Shown: positions 62,280 through 64,000 of the stretch, in pieces | How positions within the stretch are numbered: the first letter of the stretch is position 1 | Layout of the letters: each line of letters opens with the position of its first letter | Assembly: GCF_009834535.1 (NCBI RefSeq) | Contig: NC_045696.1 | Location: forward strand, 98,086,001-98,150,000 | Reading direction: 5' to 3' | DNA: 64,000 nucleotides | From: Camelus ferus | Lineage: Eukaryota | Notes under the pieces: generated by a model | Told to the model about the DNA's origin: nothing | Seen by the model: the letters and a program-made list of their open reading frames with translations, nothing else | Databases searched by the model: none | Position numbers and translations under genes: made by a program

Positions 62280-63135
62280 TATTCAAGAAATCTTTATTAA
62301 GCCTTTAATATGCATAGTGCACATTCCTTGGCACTGTGGAGGGTGGGTGGTGCAGGTTGCAACGATGAAGATGCTAATTGTGTCTTTGGGAACTTACAGT
62401 TGAGGAGAGAGAAGTCAAATATGCAAATCAAGAGACATGGCAGAATATAAAAGTACCATAGAAAAGGTATAATATTTTATGAAAATTTAAAGGGAGAAGG
62501 AGATTATGCCTGGTGAGGAGGATGGCATTTCATGCTCAGTACTTGCTGAAATACCACCTTCATGATGGAGTATGTATTTGAGTATTTTTCCATTTGGAGA
62601 TTGAAGAAAGGCATTCTGGCCAGTGAACTACAAGGACAGAAAAGCATGGAGGCATTTTTAGAGACCAGTGAGATCCAATTGGACTGGAACAAATGGAGCA
62701 GTAAGAGTTTGTGGGCAAAGCTCAGAAAACCTGATAAGTCAGGAAAGATGTTTTGTTTGGGAAGCAGTTATAGCCATTTCAGTGCTGTACTTAGGACAGG
62801 TTATCTGAACTGGAAAAAGTAGAGACGAGCTAGCAAGTATTTAGAAGTGAAAGCCTGAACAAGTGTAGATACACCACATTGGGAGTAGAATTGATTGGGC
62901 TCTATGTAAAAAACTTTGGAATGGAACAGTTAGAAATTTGATGAAATGATTGAGGTTTCAATCTGGGTGACTGAAAAAAAAGCCCACAGATTATTAACAG
63001 AAACAGGAACTCATAATAGTGATGGGGAAAAGAAACGGTAAAGGAAGGAAGACAAAAGGATATATTCAGCATCAATGAGACATTCAGGAAAGAGCTTGGG
63101 AAAATGGATTTTGAAATTATTGGCATCATAGGTGA
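62280..63135 (-). mobile_element. L2 fragment
   Basis: ATTCAAGAAATCTTTATTAAGCC...CTTGGCACTGTGG...GGAACTTACAGT and downstream purine-rich L2 body. Confidence 0.65.
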
Positions 63136-63139
63136 AATT

Positions 63140-63998
63140 GGCTTGCACACATCCAGGATCATTATGTCTTCTTGGTGGATTGATCCTTTTACCATTAATG
63201 TTCCTCTTTGTTTTTAGCAAATTTCTTTGTTCTGAAATTTACTCCATCTTGCATGGTGATTTAGAGTGTGCTAGACATTTCAGTAAATGTGGCCAGTTTC
63301 TAGCTGTATCAGCTTTCCATTTGACGTTAAGTAAATTGCTGTGATTTCAAAGAATTAAAGAATACGGGTATTTCATTTTGATAAATTTACTTAATGTGAA
63401 ATTTCTTATGATGATTAATAGTGGTAATTGAGAATATATGTAATTTGTGATTTTTCATAATTGTGTGATGTTTTTGAATGTAATACATTTTCCTTTATGA
63501 TACCATTTTTGTATCTTTGAAACCTTAAATTTGCAAACAAAACCTATATTAAGACAAAATAAATACATTGAAAGCTTTTTACTTGTAAGAATATATTATT
63601 GTACAACTTAATTTATTGAACATACTACTTAGCTTTTTGTTTATCTCCATCTGTACCCTCTAAAATATGTGTATATATTTATAAAATATAATAATAATCA
63701 CTTGCTAAATGCCAGGCACCCTTCTCAGTGCTCTATGTATGCTAACTCATTTCACTAATTCCTGTCACAGTCTTATGATTTAAGTACCAATTGCTGTTTT
63801 ACAGGAGAGAAATTTTCTCACAGAGAGATGAAACAATTTACTCAGACACATAGCTAGATGTATAAAATAGATAATGAGGATATACTATATAGCACAGGGA
63901 ATTATAGCCATTATCTTATAATAACCTATAATGGAGTAAAATCTCTAAAAATATTGAATCACTATGCTGTACACCTGTAAGCTAATACACTTCAGTTT
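63140..63998. mobile_element. L1 endonuclease-region fragment (-, ~63140-63660), MIR (-, ~63690-63856), L1 3' end (+, ~63857-63998)
   Basis: MVKGSIHQEDIMILDV resembles L1 ORF2 EN; MIR AATGCCAGGCACC...CTCATTT; L1 ATAGCACAGGGAATTATAG...GCTGTACACCTG. Confidence 0.7.
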
Positions 63999-64000
63999 TA

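Noticed and set aside
1..64000. CRISPR array or prokaryotic-type system
   Set aside because: The sequence is mammalian; no regularly spaced direct repeats or operon-like ORF clusters.

Overview
Mammalian, repeat-rich non-coding DNA, most likely camelid (two Vic-1-type tRNA-derived SINEs, cetartiodactyl-type L1 3' ends). I find no intact protein-coding gene, RNA gene or CRISPR array. Much of the window is L1, L2, MIR, MaLR/ERV LTR and DNA-transposon debris. Repeat subfamily names and all gene identities are from recalled sequences, not searches, and most repeat boundaries are approximate. Main points: (1) A ~2.4 kb composite retro-insertion (~37105-39509). A 5'-truncated MIER2 processed pseudogene (+) is joined tail-to-tail to a 5'-complete, 3'-truncated METAP1D processed pseudogene (-). 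They lie between two consecutive pieces of one L1 3'UTR in opposite orientations (twin-priming geometry), nested inside two older L1s. (2) The core of the decayed MIER2 copy is a dense CpG island with a perfect NRF1 palindrome, GC boxes and an ETS-like site, a candidate promoter born from coding sequence. (3) An unidentified decayed multi-exon gene candidate at ~2.3-4.7 kb has consensus donors, compatible phases and C>T-type stops. (4) A set of CTCF motifs and enhancer/promoter-like unique blocks lies at 7.8-24 kb.
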